This document shows positions 30,169 to 64,000 of a stretch of 64,000 nucleotides of DNA, one piece after another. Within the stretch, counting starts at the first letter, position 1; every line of letters begins with the position of its first letter. Below the pieces are notes generated by a model, which did no database searches, had not been told where the DNA came from, and saw nothing but the letters and a program-made list of their open reading frames with translations. The position numbers and the translations under genes were made by a program. Location of the stretch: assembly GCF_009834535.1 (NCBI RefSeq), contig NC_045697.1, positions 90,708,001-90,772,000 on the forward strand, given 5' to 3'. This DNA is from Camelus ferus (taxonomy: Eukaryota).

Positions 30169-31009
30169 AGAAAATATACAATCACAATGTAAGATACATT
30201 CAATTACAAATAAGTCTGGAATAGTTAAAAATGGTACCCAAAATAAGTTATGTATTCTTAATGATGCATCTCAACAGATGCAGATAAGTAGTTTATCTCC
30301 TCCAAAACAAAAAATAACATACAGATTTACTTCACTCCTCCAATTCACTGCAAGAGAACTGGAGTTTATTTTTCAATGTAGCCAGGCTTAACAAGGTCAC
30401 ATAGAAACACTTTATGAAGTTATAAATCCCTTCAACTATGAAAATCATTTTTTCTTATCAAGTATAAGTTTAGATTTTTAAAAACATGTCTTTTCTTAAT
30501 AGTAATTTTTAGAAGTTTTTTTATACTTAAGGTATCCTATCATCTTTTTCAACTTATACTCAACTTGTCAACTCAAGATCTCAACCAGGTGATTTTTCTC
30601 CTCAAACTTTACCTCACTGCTCTCTCCTCCACCCCATGTCACTTCCTTTGTGCCAAGATGTGTGTTGGTGTAATCCTCTGGAGAAGAAAGTACTCTCAAT
30701 AAAAAGGAAGGTGGCAGTCATTTTTCCAAGGTTACAGTTTTATCTGAATTTTATAAAATTTTATAAATCTTCAGAAGTTGGGAAACTTCTCTGTCATATT
30801 CTTGCATGGAAACAGTCTAACTATTAAGCTAAGATAAATGCCCCAGTCAATAAGCTTCAAATTATGTTTCTCAAATATTTCTGCTAATAGGAGTCACTGG
30901 TATAAGTAACTTTTAATTTACCCTACAATTAGCATTTAAGTGACTGCTCCTGCAACTTGATGGGCTAATTCATCACTATGAAAAAAAACAGTAAAGAATG
31001 TAGACTTTG

Positions 31010-31136
31010 TGGGAAGGATATAGCTCAAGTGGTAGAGCACATGCTTAGCACACACAAGGTCCTGGGTGCAATCCCCAGTACCTCCTCTAAAAATAAATAA
31101 ATAAATAAATCTAATTACCTCCCCCAACCCCCCAAA
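31010..31136 (+). mobile_element. tRNA-derived SINE in the probable MFSD8 3' UTR (antisense to the mRNA)
   Basis: Perfect 17-nt TSD aaagaatgtagactttg (30993-31009 / 31137-31153). Confidence 0.92.
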
Positions 31137-32797
31137 AAAGAATGTAGACTTTGAAGATAGACTGTTACTGAGACAAGTACCTTAATTTCTCTGTGCCTCT
31201 GTTCCTTCATCTGTAAAACATCTTCACCCTATAAGACTGCTATGAGAATTAAACAGTACATTGCACATTACCTGGAATATGGAAAGAGCTCTCTAATATG
31301 GTAATCATTTTGCAATATATAAGTGTATGAAATCAACATGTTGTACACCGTAAATTTATCCATGTTATATGTCAATTATATCTCCATAGAGCTGGGAAAA
31401 CAAACAAAAAGACACAGAGAATAAGTAACCATTTACAAGCCAAGGAGAGCGGCCTCAAACAAAACCCACCTTGCTGATACCTTGAGCTCATACTTCTAGC
31501 CTCCAGAACTGTAATAAATTTCTGATACTCAAGCTACCCCCCAACAAAAAAAAGTACAGCAAACTTAGTATAAAGTGCAGATTATAGTGTTTACTCTCAG
31601 ATTTGAAAATATGTATATCTTACAGTAGGAAACATTTGGAAAAGTATTTAGAAATATTTTTACATTTTGGGGTAATATTGATTATCCATATAAATAGTTC
31701 TGTACTAGTCCCTATTAGCAGCATTCAGCTTACGCAGAGGTAGAAATGTATACATTGAAAGTGTGATTTAGCCAACTTCTAGTAAACTCAGTAAACAGAT
31801 TAAAGCCATTTTATCTCAAATACTGATTAGACAGGGACTGTCATGGCCTGCAGTTCTGAGTAGCTATGCTGACACAGATTGAAAACTTGCGTCTTCCCAG
31901 TACCGAGAGATAGGAAAAGTAAATAAATGGTTTTTCTCTAGAATTTAAGGGAATTGAAAAATGCCAATAATTTTAACAGTTTTCTGTTCAACATATGTAT
32001 ACAATAACACATACCTGGCTTATGTTTCTAAAGTGAATTATTTATTAGGACTTGAAAGAAAAAAAGTAAGTTATCCCTACCTAAGGTAGTGAAATCCGTC
32101 CTGATCTCTTAATCTGCTTTATTGCTCAAATATGAACATTACTCACACTCATCCATTAATTTAGGGGTTACTCAATGAGATCCTGAACTAAAGGAAGACA
32201 GTAAGTGTAGTATTAAAACTAATGACTTATAGAAGTCAAGGCAGGATGGCAGGAATGGTAAGTGGAAAATATAAGAGTCATAATTTTGCTTCATAAGGAA
32301 AACTTGATAATAACAAAAAGCATTTTTAAATTAACAAAAAGGAGGTACATTTGAATAAAAGTACCTCTATTTAGGTAAACAATTTCTATAATTTCATTCT
32401 ATTACAGGTAATTCATACAGAACTGTCCTTATGGTTTTACTGCATAGACGGTCTCTCATTACTTTAATGACACCTCTGCAGTTTGAATTAAGACTACAAC
32501 CTCACATTCGTAGACCATTGTCTATTCACTCATGAGTCCATGCCACCCAAAGAAAATGTTATATGAAGACTATTTCTTTTTTGAGATAAGAAAACTATGA
32601 TCCAGAATTTTTACATTATCTTGCTATTCACAATTAAGCATAGAATGCCCTGTGTTATTCAACATATTTTCTGGTTATTCAAAATATACAGTATCTGCAA
32701 CCTGACTTTAGGAAACTGACTCATAGCAATAGTCTAGCTGAGCCTTAGAAGAGAAAGTTTCACACAGCAAGTACATTCCATCCTAGTCTCAGCTAGG

Positions 32798-62635
<29,838 letters not shown>

Positions 62636-62949
62636 AGTCACTGCTCCCACAAGGCTTGAGGCCAACTCTCGCGACACCTCCTGCTCCCTCTTATTCCCGG
62701 CGACCCGAAGCTGTCAAAACAGGCCCGTAAGTGCGCGTGCTTGCCAGGCGACCAGAAGTGGGCGGAGCGCCCCAGGTCAGAGGCGGGGTCACGTAGGAGC
62801 AGATGAGGGAGTTAAGGGCGGGGCCTTAAGTCCTTATCCTCCTCCCTGGATCCGCGCCTCTCGGCCTGCAGAAACGTTGGGAAGAGTCAGAGAGAGTTCG
62901 GGGGCGTGTCCAAACAACCTCCCGGCCCAGGGCTCGGCCGCCTCTCTAC

Positions 62950-63106
62950 GCTTTCCTGTCAGCTACCGCTCATTCCTCAGTTCCTGGAGAGGCCGCTGTC
63001 GCTGCTTTTGGGGCTCAGACGGAAGGCAAGTCCCGGGTGCCTAGATTGCGGCGGCGCTGGAAGTCTCGGGCAGCTGGACAGCAGGAGTCCGCCGGGCGGC
63101 CAGTGA
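62950..63106 (+). other. ABHD18: Putative non-coding first exon of ABHD18 (start approximate)
   Basis: GC-rich segment ending in strong + strand donors GTGAGT/GTAAGT (63103/63107). Gene identity rests only on known mammalian PLK4-MFSD8-ABHD18 synteny; no ABHD18 CDS is in the window. Confidence 0.5.
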
Positions 63107-64000
63107 GTAAGTAGCCGGTCCAGGCCGCACTTCCCAAGCCTCTTGCTGCGCTGCCTACGTGCCAGAAGGCAGGGACTGAGAGCGGGAGGCGCGGGGGTCT
63201 GGAGCCTGGGGCGAGGCGGGGGTCTTTCTGGTGGCCCGGTTGAGGTGGGCTGGTGGGCTGGTGTGCTGTCCCTGCCCACTGTGGAAGGTAGAGGTTGCTA
63301 CGCAGTGTCGTTACAAAGGCACCTTACCCATAGTGCCTTGTTAGGACCTGGACTGAAGATGGGGTCCAGCCCCTTCTAACCTACTGATCTTCAGACTCGA
63401 GCCCCACTGCCGCCTGCGCGGGCTGGGGGCTTCAGCCTTGCAGGATGACACTCAGTGGAGCCTACTCCTGTAACCTGAGGGTTAGAAAAGGCACAGCAAC
63501 ACTAGATTGACGATGACTCCTTTCATCACAAGGAAAATAACATTTTTAGAAAATATGTTATGGGTTATTTTTGTTTGTTTTCAGTAGATCTTGGTACTGT
63601 TACTTTCCTGGTACTTAAATATAAACATCTTACGCCTACAAGCAGGCTTGTAAGCTAATTGGTAGCAGTAGTCAAGTGTGTCACAATCACTGTTTTATTA
63701 GCACTAGATACATTCTTATGTGATTTCATTTGATCACAGCTGTCCTATAAGATAGGTAAAACAGACCCATTTCTATTTTACAGAGAACTAAGGCTCAGAA
63801 AAGTTAATAACTTACCCAGAGTCATTCAGTGTGAAAGTGGTAGAGTGGGGACCCAAATTCAGTTGTTTCCCACCAATATTTATGAGCACTTATACTATGC
63901 CAGGCCCTGTACTAGTTATATGTTGTATGGTATATGCCGTCACTTTTGATCTTTGTCTTGTTTGTGACCTTGTGTATATCTTATCAGACACATACCACTG

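Overview
Mammalian genomic DNA, AT-rich with two CpG islands. It is most likely a camelid, judged from eight copies of a short tRNA-derived SINE. The window holds two complete protein-coding genes arranged tail-to-tail. PLK4 is on the + strand: 16 coding exons, 8126-24375, 966 aa, intact frame, all introns GT-AG. MFSD8/CLN7 is on the - strand: 12 coding exons, 62635-32798, 519 aa, intact. At the right end is a bidirectional CpG-island promoter, probably shared with the non-coding first exon of ABHD18 (assigned by synteny only). The rest is decayed L1/L2/MIR/MaLR/hAT repeats, two solo ERV LTRs and an RPLP1 processed pseudogene inside PLK4 intron 10. I find no new gene family or novel multi-gene system. 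The best leads are regulatory: a two-uORF cassette in the PLK4 leader whose second ORF ends exactly at the exon 2/3 junction; possible polo-box-less truncated PLK4 isoforms; competing donors in PLK4 exon 8; SINE-derived elements in MFSD8; and a splice motif usable on both strands in the MFSD8/ABHD18 promoter. Comparisons to human sequences and repeat family names are from memory and need checking.
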